Below, in pieces: positions 40,047-48,047 of a DNA stretch of 64,000 nucleotides. The translations under genes were made by a program, and so were the position numbers. The stretch is from a virus. Location of the stretch: positions 89,149 through 153,148 of IMG/VR virus record IMGVR_UViG_3300042562_001598; one strand, 5' to 3'. The notes under the pieces were generated by a model that was not told the origin of the DNA, made no database searches, and saw only the letters and a program-made list of their open reading frames with translations. Position 1 is the stretch's first letter. Every line of letters begins with the position of its first letter.

Positions 40047-41975
40047 ATGGAAAAGATAAATGTATTGAGTTTGTTTGATGGGATGAGTTGTGGTCAGATT
40101 GCTCTGAATAGAGCTGGTATTGAGTATGGTAATTATTATGCTTCTGAAATTGATAAACACGCAATTAAAGAAACCATGGCGAACTATCCCAATACAATCC
40201 AGGTTGGTGATGTTACAAAGATTACAGCGTCAGATTTACCAAAGATAGACTTATTAATTGGTGGTAGTCCATGTTTTACCGCGGGTAATTTAGTGATGAC
40301 TAATGATGGTTATAAACCAATAGAAGATATTGTTGTTGGTGATATGGTATTGACTCATAAAAATAGGTATAAAAAAGTTTTAAGAATTGGTGGTGAAATT
40401 AAAGAGACGATACGAGTAAAATCCCAAGGGTCAAGTATGATAGAAACAACTAGAAACCATCCATTTTATTGTTTTGAGAGTAATGGTGAGAATTCTGACT
40501 TTTGTTGGAAAAATATTGGTGATTTTAATAAAAAAGATAAAGTTGTATCTATAAATTGGGGTGTAAATATTGATTTTGAGAACTTTTCAAATATTGATTT
40601 ATACATATTAGGTCGTTTTTTAGCGGATGGTTGTTGTTACAAAACAAAAAGAAAAGATAGAGATAATTCTTACATCTATAAGTTTAAAATAAGTGTTGGG
40701 AAACATGAAATAGATGACTTTAAGAGTAAAGTTGATGATAGATTTACCTATATTGAAGAAAAAACTGTATATAATGCTTTTATATATAAAAAAGAATGGG
40801 TTGAGATAGGTGAAAAATTTGGCCACTTAGCTCATAATAAATTTATACCTAATTTCATATTAGATTTACCTATTGATAGACTTAAAATTTTCATCAATGG
40901 ATATATGGATGGTGATGGTCATGTTAGAAAACAAGCTTCTAAAGTCAATGTATATAAAAGAAATACGACTGTTAGTGAAAAACTAGCTCTTACATTATCT
41001 TTAGCTATACAAAAATGTTACAATGGGGTGTCAATTAATTATACAAAAAGAGAAAATACTTGTGTTATTGAAGGTAGAGTTGTAAATCAAAAAGGGACTT
41101 ATGAAGTTTCATATACTGAAAATAAAACAAAATTTAGTAAGTATAAAATAATAAATGATTATACAATTTACAACCTGACTAAAAGTGTTTCATTTGTTGA
41201 AACTGGAACTAATCCTGTTTATAATATAGAGGTAGAAGAAGATAATTCATATGTGGTTAATAATCTAATTGTTCATAATTGCCAAGGATTTTCTTTTAGT
41301 GGAAAACAATTAAACTTTGAGGACCCAAGAAGTAAATTGTTCTTTGAGTTTGTTAGACTATTAAAGGAGTGTAATCCGAAATACTTTTTACTTGAGAATG
41401 TTGTAATGAAAAAAGAATATGAACAGGTAATAACTGATTACTTGGGAGTAGAACCCATTCAGATTAATTCCACTTTGGTGGCAGCCCAAAATCGCGTGAG
41501 ATTGTATTGGACCAATATACCAAATGTTCAACAACCTGAAGATAGAAACATAAGGTTAATTGATATTTTAGAAGATGATGTAATGATTGGCGATACAATT
41601 GTTAGAAAGGAGAACCTGAACAAAGGAACTATACTTGGTAGGAGACTAAATAACGAGGGTAAGAGAGACGATTACAATAAAAGTGTGCCAATAGTTCAGT
41701 GCCTTGAGATAAGAGCGTCAAATAGAGAAAAAAGTAATTGTATAACAACCGTGGCCAAAGATAATGTTTTATCTACATTACCAATAGGTCGGCATGTTGA
41801 TGCGTTTAATAAGAAATTACCTTTTAGATATTATACGACTACAGAATATAGTAGATTACAGACTGTTCCAGATGATTATTTCAAGGTTTCAAGTGATAAT
41901 CAGATAAGAAAAATGATTGGTAATGGGTGGACTGTTGATGTTATTGCTCACATATTCAATAATATACAACTATAA
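40047..41975 (+). CDS. DNA (cytosine-5)-methyltransferase interrupted by an intein
   Basis: N-extein ...LIGGSP / intein CFTAGNLV...VHN / C-extein CQGFSFSGKQ; spliced product restores GGSPCQ motif IV. Confidence 0.8.
   Translation: MEKINVLSLFDGMSCGQIALNRAGIEYGNYYASEIDKHAIKETMANYPNTIQVGDVTKITASDLPKIDLLIGGSPCFTAGNLVMTNDGYKPIEDIVVGDMVLTHKNRYKKVLRIGGEIKETIRVKSQGSSMIETTRNHPFYCFESNGENSDFCWKNIGDFNKKDKVVSINWGVNIDFENFSNIDLYILGRFLADGCCYKTKRKDRDNSYIYKFKISVGKHEIDDFKSKVDDRFTYIEEKTVYNAFIYKKEWVEIGEKFGHLAHNKFIPNFILDLPIDRLKIFINGYMDGDGHVRKQASKVNVYKRNTTVSEKLALTLSLAIQKCYNGVSINYTKRENTCVIEGRVVNQKGTYEVSYTENKTKFSKYKIINDYTIYNLTKSVSFVETGTNPVYNIEVEEDNSYVVNNLIVHNCQGFSFSGKQLNFEDPRSKLFFEFVRLLKECNPKYFLLENVVMKKEYEQVITDYLGVEPIQINSTLVAAQNRVRLYWTNIPNVQQPEDRNIRLIDILEDDVMIGDTIVRKENLNKGTILGRRLNNEGKRDDYNKSVPIVQCLEIRASNREKSNCITTVAKDNVLSTLPIGRHVDAFNKKLPFRYYTTTEYSRLQTVPDDYFKVSSDNQIRKMIGNGWTVDVIAHIFNNIQL
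40272..41279 (+). mobile_element. intein (336 aa) with LAGLIDADG homing-endonuclease domain
   Basis: block A CFTAGNLVMTNDG, block B TTRNHPFY (TxxH), LAGLIDADG-like LYILGRFLADGCCY and FINGYMDGDGHV, terminal HN followed by +1 Cys. Confidence 0.7.
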
Positions 41976-42051
41976 TTATTTAGACCAAATTAAAATTAAC
42001 TATTTTCAGTATAATTTATGGTTGGGGTTTTGTTACATATTATAAATTATC

Positions 42052-42059
42052 TATCTTTG
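42052..42059 (+). promoter_or_regulatory. -7 box TATCTTTG
   Basis: upstream of small ORF starting 42078. Confidence 0.4.
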
Positions 42060-42077
42060 TAAAAAACAAATAGAGTT

Positions 42078-42233
42078 ATGAATATTATATTAACTATAAT
42101 GATAATAATGGCGGTTTTATTAATCGTTATTGTTTATGTGAATGAGAAGGTTATTGGTAAATTACCTGAGAGTTCAACTATTAAAACATTTTGGAGAAAA
42201 CACATCTGCATGGAGGATGAAACACACAATTAA
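42078..42233 (+). CDS. small TM protein (51 aa, not in track)
   Basis: MNIILTIMIIMAVLLIVIVYV...; follows promoter box. Confidence 0.3.
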   Translation: MNIILTIMIIMAVLLIVIVYVNEKVIGKLPESSTIKTFWRKHICMEDETHN

Positions 42234-42498
42234 TATTATGGAAAATTACAAAATTAAATTAGTTTATTGGTTAGCTAACCAATTCGGGTATGAAATTACC
42301 ATGGTCAGAATGAGTAACGGTCAGGAGGTAAAACAGACTGAAGAAACTCCAACTATGTCTTTAAGAGAGAAAACAAAAAACTTCTTGGTTACCAAATTAC
42401 AAAAAAAGTTAAACAAAAAGAAAAAGGTAATGGTTCAAGTAAATGAAGTGCCGGTATTAACTCTTAGAGATAAATTAAAGGAAATGGGTAAATTATAA
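42142..42498 (+). CDS. hypothetical protein (real start likely internal Met about 42238, MENYKIKLVYW)
   Basis: listed ORF overlaps 42078 ORF in another frame. Confidence 0.35.
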   Translation: MRRLLVNYLRVQLLKHFGENTSAWRMKHTINIMENYKIKLVYWLANQFGYEITMVRMSNGQEVKQTEETPTMSLREKTKNFLVTKLQKKLNKKKKVMVQVNEVPVLTLRDKLKEMGKL

Positions 42499-42511
42499 AA
42501 AATAAGTTAAG

Positions 42512-42724
42512 ATGATTATAGATTACGCTAGTGAAGAAATGATGTCAGCCAAATATCAATATAACGGTGTGACTGAAGATGGTAGAAAATTTGTTTTACA
42601 CGCTGATTGGAATAGTTGGGATGATTATACCGCTGAAGATATTGAGTGGTTAGATGGTACTACAGGAACATATGAGGAAGAGTGTGAAATTTTTGAACTT
42701 TATCAAGAAACAATGAATGGTTAA
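42512..42724 (+). CDS. hypothetical small acidic protein
   Basis: 70-aa ORF. Confidence 0.4.
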   Translation: MIIDYASEEMMSAKYQYNGVTEDGRKFVLHADWNSWDDYTAEDIEWLDGTTGTYEEECEIFELYQETMNG

Positions 42725-42921
42725 TAAACCAAAAAAAATAAAATTATGTCAAATATTTCAATTTTAATTTATTGCATCGCGATTAATTACATTATATTCA
42801 CAGCAAGTTGTATAATAATGTGTTATGACAAAAAAAGGGATGACTTTTGGATGAAAATATCTGTAGTCAGTTTAATGTCCATGATTATAACCTCTTTAAT
42901 TGGAATTATAGTAGTTTAGAA

Positions 42922-42962
42922 AATATCCCCAATGTAAATTTATGTTGGGGATATTTATTGTT
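42922..42962 (+). terminator. intrinsic terminator (atatccccaa...ttggggatat)
   Basis: 10-bp stem; near-identical element at 44069-44108. Confidence 0.55.
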
Positions 42963-43003
42963 ATAATCTTAAAATAAAATAATTTCGTTATATTTATTAA
43001 ATT

Positions 43004-44050
43004 ATGAAAAAGAACGCTTTAAAAGAGGAAGTATTACGAATTCACGAACTTACTTATGGTAAGAAAATTTTGGAGGAACAAAACTTCCTATCAAAAATAT
43101 TTGGTGATGATAAAGAAAAGACAAGTAAAGTTGACGACCCAAAAAAGGCTGATATTGTAACTTCAGATGTTAAAAAATTCTATCAAAATATTGAGGACGC
43201 TATTTCATCGGGTGGATTATCACAACAAAAAATCGGAACGATGAATTTCCAAAAGGGTGTTGAGTCTATGCAAATTGGTTTAATGTTATTAGGTTATGAT
43301 TTACCTAAACATGGTGTTGATGGGTTATTTGGTCCTGAAACGGCGAATGCTGTTGGTAAGTTTATTAGTGATAACTTAAAGGACTCTGTTGACTTAACCA
43401 AAGATAGTTCAAAAAAAGTTGAAGCGACACCGGAGATGTTGGGTAAATTATTAGAAATGTTAGAAACGAAGGGTATTTCTTCTGAAGAACTTAAAAAATA
43501 TATTGATTCTGTTACTACAGGTGGTGGTGCTAACTTTACTGATTTAGATTTATCAACAACTGAAGGATATGAGGCTTATGCTGAAATATGTCAAAAGTTT
43601 ATAGATAGTAAACAACCAAATTTATTGGGTATTACTGGAACTATGTTGGCTGATGGTGCTAAACGAGCTTTTGATAATCGTCATAAGTATGTCCCACCTG
43701 AATTAGCCTTGGCTCAATTAGCTGCTGAAGGTGGTATAGGTAATAAAAACGCTCAAAGTAGACCAATAAGAACTAAAAACCCATTCAATGTTGGAAATGT
43801 TGATTCTGGTGGAAATGTTTTCCATGGGGATGTACAAAGTGGTATTAACACTTATTATGATTTAATAGCTAAAGATTATTTGGTTAAAGGTAAAACCGCT
43901 TCAGATTTGGTAAAACAATTTGTTAATAAGAGTGGTAATAGATATGCGACTTCAGCTTATGAACCATTTATTAATAAACTTGCTGGTGAGGCAAATAGAA
44001 TTGCTACCCCAATTTATTTAGCAATGTCTAACAAAGAACGAGAAGTTTAA
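43004..44050 (+). CDS. peptidoglycan-binding + glucosaminidase-like (endolysin-like) protein with N-terminal shared module
   Basis: PG_binding_1-like MQIGLMLLGYDLPKHGVDGLFGPETANAVGKFI; C-terminal ALAQLAAEGGIG...NPFNVG reminiscent of FlgJ-type glucosaminidase. Confidence 0.45.
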   Translation: MKKNALKEEVLRIHELTYGKKILEEQNFLSKIFGDDKEKTSKVDDPKKADIVTSDVKKFYQNIEDAISSGGLSQQKIGTMNFQKGVESMQIGLMLLGYDLPKHGVDGLFGPETANAVGKFISDNLKDSVDLTKDSSKKVEATPEMLGKLLEMLETKGISSEELKKYIDSVTTGGGANFTDLDLSTTEGYEAYAEICQKFIDSKQPNLLGITGTMLADGAKRAFDNRHKYVPPELALAQLAAEGGIGNKNAQSRPIRTKNPFNVGNVDSGGNVFHGDVQSGINTYYDLIAKDYLVKGKTASDLVKQFVNKSGNRYATSAYEPFINKLAGEANRIATPIYLAMSNKEREV

Positions 44051-44068
44051 ATATAATTAAAAATAGTT

Positions 44069-44108
44069 ACAATCCCCAATATAATATAAATTTATGTTGG
44101 GGATTTGT
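44069..44108 (+). terminator. intrinsic terminator (aatccccaa...ttggggatt)
   Basis: hairpin + T run. Confidence 0.55.
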
Positions 44109-44112
44109 TTTT

Positions 44113-44613
44113 ATGTTAAAAATTACTTACTTTTGTAAAAAACAAAAACTTATGAAAAAGATTTATTTATTGTTATTATTGCTTTTCGCATTTTCTATGT
44201 CGGGTCAAAAGAAGACTTATAAAAAACCTATTAAACTTGAGGTTGGTGGTGTTAAAATATCTTATGATAAGGTAAAACACGTAATGACTATTGAAGTTCC
44301 GGAGGGGGTTGTATTAACGAATGATTATGATAAGGAGACCAGTGTTAGGTTAAACAATGAGTTTGTTTTGGACTTGGTTATCAATGGTGAGACTATAACT
44401 AGTAATGATGATTTTTTTATGGTTAAAGGGTCACAACAGGGTTATTGGTCTCATTATTATAAACTTATACCTTATGGTTGTAAGGAGATTGTTCGGAATC
44501 GTAAGTGGGTGATTTATAATATTCAACCTGGTGAATATGTGTTACAGGTTGCGGATGTATGTTATGGGAAACAATATTCAAATATAAAAACTGGTTCTTT
44601 AATAATTCAATAA
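44113..44613 (+). CDS. secreted protein (true start probably 44152, MKKIYLLLLLLFAFSMSGQ)
   Basis: signal peptide after internal Met; -7 box TACTTTTG at 44128-44135. Confidence 0.45.
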   Translation: MLKITYFCKKQKLMKKIYLLLLLLFAFSMSGQKKTYKKPIKLEVGGVKISYDKVKHVMTIEVPEGVVLTNDYDKETSVRLNNEFVLDLVINGETITSNDDFFMVKGSQQGYWSHYYKLIPYGCKEIVRNRKWVIYNIQPGEYVLQVADVCYGKQYSNIKTGSLIIQ

Positions 44614-44623
44614 ATAATAGATT

Positions 44624-44827
44624 ATGGAAAAAAAGATAACATTAGGGAAGGCAATCAAAATTAAGGTTAAAGATTCGGTATCATCTTATGTGTGGAATAG
44701 GTTATATGAAAAATTAGATAAGTTAGTAAGTAATAAAATATATAATTCAACCATTCATTTACAAAAAGAATCGGAGGTTTATGAGATGTATTACGCAATA
44801 TGGTTGTCAATTAGGCGTAAATTATGA
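44624..44827 (+). CDS. array unit 1 (degenerate; no SV repeats)
   Basis: MEKKITLGKAIKIKVKDSVSS... leader-like N-terminus. Confidence 0.4.
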   Translation: MEKKITLGKAIKIKVKDSVSSYVWNRLYEKLDKLVSNKIYNSTIHLQKESEVYEMYYAIWLSIRRKL

Positions 44828-45063
44828 AAACAAAGATAGAATTAGGCAAATCGGTTATGAATGAAGTAAGGAGTTCAGTTAGGCGTTCAGTAAATATTTT
44901 AGTGAGTAATTCAGTGTGTGGTTCAGTGAGTAGTTCAGTGGATAGTTCAGTGAGGAGTATAGTGTGTGGTTCAGTAAATATTTCAGTGTATAATTCAGTA
45001 TATGATTCAGTGGATAGTTCAGTGTGGAGTTCAGTATCTGATTCAATAAATAATAATATATGA
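44824..45063 (+). CDS. SV-repeat minigene
   Basis: MKTKIELGKSVMNEVRSSVRRSVNILVSNSVCGSVSSSVDSSV... Confidence 0.55.
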   Translation: MKTKIELGKSVMNEVRSSVRRSVNILVSNSVCGSVSSSVDSSVRSIVCGSVNISVYNSVYDSVDSSVWSSVSDSINNNI

Positions 45064-45224
45064 AAACAAAGTTAGTCTTGGGGAAACCAGTTAATGGTAA
45101 TGTGGTTGAATCAGTTAAGAATTCGGTGTGGATTTTAACACATATTTCATTGTATCGTTCAGTGAATAGTTCAGTATACAATTCAGTGTTTAATTCGGTG
45201 TGGCGTCCAAGTTTTATATTATGA
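45060..45224 (+). CDS. SV-repeat minigene (54 aa, not in track; approx coords)
   Basis: MKTKLVLGKPVNGNVVESVKNSVW...; ATGA overlaps both sides. Confidence 0.45.
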   Translation: MKTKLVLGKPVNGNVVESVKNSVWILTHISLYRSVNSSVYNSVFNSVWRPSFIL

Positions 45225-45388
45225 AAACAAAGATTAAATTGGGGGAATCGGTTAGGGTGTTACTGTATAAGTCAATAAGGAGTTCAGTTGATGTTTCACT
45301 GATGTTTACAGCGTATGGTTCAGTGCATAAGTCAGTGTGGACTTCAGTTAGGACTTCAGTTCATAATCCAACAAATATTAGCATATGA
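45221..45388 (+). CDS. SV-repeat minigene (listed ORF 45200-45388 has internal start MKTKIKLGESV)
   Basis: ATGA overlap with previous unit. Confidence 0.5.
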   Translation: MKTKIKLGESVRVLLYKSIRSSVDVSLMFTAYGSVHKSVWTSVRTSVHNPTNISI

Positions 45389-45594
45389 AAACAAAGATAG
45401 ACCTGGGGGAATCGGTTAAGGGTAAAGTTAGGAGTTCAGTGAGGGATTCAGTGAGACATTCAATATCCCCTTCAATGTACAATTCAGTTAAAAGTGTTCT
45501 GCATAGTGAAATATTTTCATCACTTGAGAATTCTATTAGGCATTCAGTTAGTAATTCAATCTATTGGACTATAGATAACTTCAATAAACTTTAG
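45385..45594 (+). CDS. SV-repeat minigene
   Basis: MKTKIDLGESVKGKVRSSVRDSV... Confidence 0.55.
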   Translation: MKTKIDLGESVKGKVRSSVRDSVRHSISPSMYNSVKSVLHSEIFSSLENSIRHSVSNSIYWTIDNFNKL

Positions 45595-45597
45595 ATT

Positions 45598-45777
45598 ATG
45601 AAAACAAAGGTAGACCTGGGGAAATCAATTAAGGATAAAGTGTATGATTCAGTACTTAGTTCAGTGAGGAGTTCAGTGAATAGTTCAGTGTATGGTTCAG
45701 TTAGTAGTTCAGTGTATGATTCAGTGGGGAGTTCAGTGTATAGTTCAGTTAGGAATTTAACAAACATTAGATTATGA
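45598..45777 (+). CDS. SV-repeat minigene (59 aa, approx)
   Basis: MKTKVDLGKSIKDKVYDSVLSSVRSSVNSSVYGSVSSSVYDSVGSSVYSSV. Confidence 0.5.
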   Translation: MKTKVDLGKSIKDKVYDSVLSSVRSSVNSSVYGSVSSSVYDSVGSSVYSSVRNLTNIRL

Positions 45778-46034
45778 AAACAAAGATTACATTGGGAGAA
45801 TCAGTTGAAGATAAGATTTTCCAAATAGTTACTGATGTGATTAGTAAAAAAAGTTATGACTTGTTAATCAGGGGAGTTTCATCAAATATGTTAAAGGGTG
45901 TTTCAGATGGGGTATATGATTACGCCTATAATTCAATATTACCTTCATTGAGTAGGGAAGTGTGGTTATTAGCGGTCACTAATTCAACAATAAAAAATTA
46001 TGAAAACAAAGATAGACCTGGGGAAATCGGTTAA
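45774..46034 (+). CDS. array unit lacking SV repeats (reads through into next unit leader)
   Basis: MKTKITLGESVEDKIFQIV...; no ATGA stop at its end. Confidence 0.4.
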   Translation: MKTKITLGESVEDKIFQIVTDVISKKSYDLLIRGVSSNMLKGVSDGVYDYAYNSILPSLSREVWLLAVTNSTIKNYENKDRPGEIG

Positions 46035-46167
46035 GTGTAAAGTGTATGAGTCATTGTATTGTTCAGTAAATAGTTCAGTGTTTAGTTCAGTGAGTGGTTC
46101 AGAGATGCGTTCCGTTTGGAGTTCAATGAATAGTTCAGTGTGGATGTTAACAAATTTTAGATTATGA
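46000..46167 (+). CDS. SV-repeat minigene (approx)
   Basis: MKTKIDLGKSVKCKVYESLYCSVNSSVFSSV... Confidence 0.45.
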   Translation: MKTKIDLGKSVKCKVYESLYCSVNSSVFSSVSGSEMRSVWSSMNSSVWMLTNFRL

Positions 46168-46325
46168 AAACAAAGATTAGATTGGGGAGGTCAGTTAAGG
46201 ATAAAGTGAGGAGTTCAGTTTGGAATTTAGTTAGTCATTCATTGATGAGTTCCGTGCATGGTTCAGTGAAAAATCCAGTGTATTTTTCAGTAAGGAGTTC
46301 AATTTATGAATCATTAAAAATATAA
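46164..46325 (+). CDS. SV-repeat minigene (approx)
   Basis: MKTKIRLGRSVKDKVRSSVWNLV... Confidence 0.45.
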   Translation: MKTKIRLGRSVKDKVRSSVWNLVSHSLMSSVHGSVKNPVYFSVRSSIYESLKI

Positions 46326-46326
46326 T

Positions 46327-46530
46327 ATGAAAAATTTAGGTAATTCAATTAAAGATAATGTTGGGGATTTAGTTAAAGTTTCAGTTTGGCGTTCAACGAG
46401 TGAATTAATTAATGATTCAACAGGTGGTTTAACAATCCTTTCAACTTGGAAAACAACAGGTCTATCATTACGAGATTCAGTTAGTAATTCAATTTATAAT
46501 CAATTAAGAGTTCTTCAAGATGAAAATTAA
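46327..46530 (+). CDS. divergent array unit
   Basis: MKNLGNSIKDNVGDLVKVSVWRS... Confidence 0.4.
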   Translation: MKNLGNSIKDNVGDLVKVSVWRSTSELINDSTGGLTILSTWKTTGLSLRDSVSNSIYNQLRVLQDEN

Positions 46531-46696
46531 AAAATTAGGAAAACCTGTTAAGCGTAAGTTGTTTAGTTCGGTAAATAATTTAATTTATTATTCAATAGGT
46601 GTTAAGCTCTATAAAGATAAGACTAGTAATATCTGGGATTTTGGTTACGAGTCAGTAAGAAAACCAATTGATAATTCAATAAATTTTAGATTATGA
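46520..46696 (+). CDS. divergent array unit (approx)
   Basis: MKIKKLGKPVKRKLFSSVNNL...INFRL. Confidence 0.4.
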   Translation: MKIKKLGKPVKRKLFSSVNNLIYYSIGVKLYKDKTSNIWDFGYESVRKPIDNSINFRL

Positions 46697-46980
46697 AAAC
46701 AAAGGTAGGTCTGGGGAAATCAGTTAGTGATAAAGTGAGGAGGTCAGTGGAGAATTCAATTAAAAGTTCAGTTCGGTGTTCAGTAGATGATTTAGTGAGT
46801 AGTTCAGTGAGTTATTCAGTGAGGAGTTCAGTGATGAGTTCAGTGTATTGGCCAGTGTGTGATTTAGTGTGGAGTTCAGTGAGTATTTCAGTTAATATTT
46901 CAGTGTGGCGTTCAGTGAATATTTCAGTACATAATTCAGTAAGGTATTCAGTGAGTGATTCAATAATAAATAGTATATGA
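46693..46980 (+). CDS. SV-repeat minigene (95 aa, longest)
   Basis: MKTKVGLGKSVSDKVRRSVENSIKSSVRCSV... Confidence 0.55.
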   Translation: MKTKVGLGKSVSDKVRRSVENSIKSSVRCSVDDLVSSSVSYSVRSSVMSSVYWPVCDLVWSSVSISVNISVWRSVNISVHNSVRYSVSDSIINSI

Positions 46981-47228
46981 AAACAAAGGTAGACCTGGGT
47001 AAATCGGTTAAGGGTGAAGTATGGAATTTAGTTAATCATTCAGTGTATAGTTCAGTGTATGATTCAGTGAGTTGTTCAGTTAGTAGTTCAGTTATTGATT
47101 CAGTGGATGATTCGGTGTGGAGTTCCGTGCATGTTTCAGTTTGGATTTTATTATATAGGTCAGTGGATGATTCGGTGTGGAGTTCAGTACATGGTTCAGT
47201 TAATAATTCAATAGAGGATAGTATATGA
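46977..47228 (+). CDS. SV-repeat minigene with internal 60-bp duplication
   Basis: SVDDSVWSSVH repeated; DNA 47101-47130 = 47161-47190. Confidence 0.55.
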   Translation: MKTKVDLGKSVKGEVWNLVNHSVYSSVYDSVSCSVSSSVIDSVDDSVWSSVHVSVWILLYRSVDDSVWSSVHGSVNNSIEDSI

Positions 47229-47440
47229 AAACAAAGGTAGACTTGGGAGAATCAGTTAAGAATAAACTTAAGAATTCAGTGTGTAGTTCAGTTAGTCAGT
47301 CCGTGAGTATTTCATTTACAAGTACAAAATATTATTTAGTGGATAGGTCAGTCTATACATCACTGAAATGGTCAGTGAATGATTTGGTATGGTTCTCAGT
47401 GTATGAAATTATTTGTGATTCAATAGAAGATAAATTATGA
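47225..47440 (+). CDS. SV-repeat minigene
   Basis: MKTKVDLGESVKNKLKNSVCSSV... Confidence 0.5.
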   Translation: MKTKVDLGESVKNKLKNSVCSSVSQSVSISFTSTKYYLVDRSVYTSLKWSVNDLVWFSVYEIICDSIEDKL

Positions 47441-47640
47441 AAACGAGGGTAAAATTAGGAAAATCAGTTAAGAATGAGGTTAAAGAATTAGTGTGTTGTA
47501 ATGTGAATTTATTTTATTTTTCAGTGGGAAAATTTGTATATGATTTAGCTAGTGATAAAGTAAAAAATCCGGTGTACAGAACAAGCGATATAATATGGAG
47601 GTCGGTTCGTGACTCAACTATTCAATTTAATAAAAAATAG
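47437..47640 (+). CDS. divergent array unit
   Basis: MKTRVKLGKSVKNEVKELV... Confidence 0.45.
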   Translation: MKTRVKLGKSVKNEVKELVCCNVNLFYFSVGKFVYDLASDKVKNPVYRTSDIIWRSVRDSTIQFNKK

Positions 47641-47643
47641 ACT

Positions 47644-47847
47644 ATGAAATTAGGAAAATCAGTTAAGTTTGAGGTGATTAAAGCGGTTGATGAAGGAATA
47701 TTTGATGTTGTTACAGAATTGATTGATAACTCAATTAAGAATTTAGTATGGGATTCAGTATTTTATTCAGTGTGGGATGCGATGAATGTTTCATTATTAT
47801 CACCGATATTTGAACCAATAGAGGATAACTTATGGGAAGAAAATTAA
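47644..47847 (+). CDS. divergent array unit
   Basis: MKLGKSVKFEVIKAVDEGI... Confidence 0.45.
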   Translation: MKLGKSVKFEVIKAVDEGIFDVVTELIDNSIKNLVWDSVFYSVWDAMNVSLLSPIFEPIEDNLWEEN

Positions 47848-48047
47848 TATTAGGTAAATCAGTTAGTTATAGAGTTACTAATTCAATAGGTGATTCAATC
47901 TGGAGTATTAATTATGGGTCCATTAACCAGTTAGTGGATAGTTCAATTATTTTTCCAATAAAAGACTTATCGGAGGAAATATTAGATGATTTAGTATTTG
48001 GTTTGGTGAGTAGTACAATTAATATTTCAATAACAAATAGACTATGA
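47832..48047 (+). CDS. divergent array unit
   Basis: MGRKLILGKSVSYRVTNSIGDSIW... Confidence 0.45.
   Translation: MGRKLILGKSVSYRVTNSIGDSIWSINYGSINQLVDSSIIFPIKDLSEEILDDLVFGLVSSTINISITNRL

Noticed and set aside
44879-45181. ORF-track entries on the strand opposite the arrays (44879-45181 -, 61213-61416 +, 61416-61628 +)
   Set aside because: They are mirror translations of the 12-nt repeat (LNxTLNY... / TELYTE...) lacking the conserved leader and ATGA coupling, so they are shadow ORFs.
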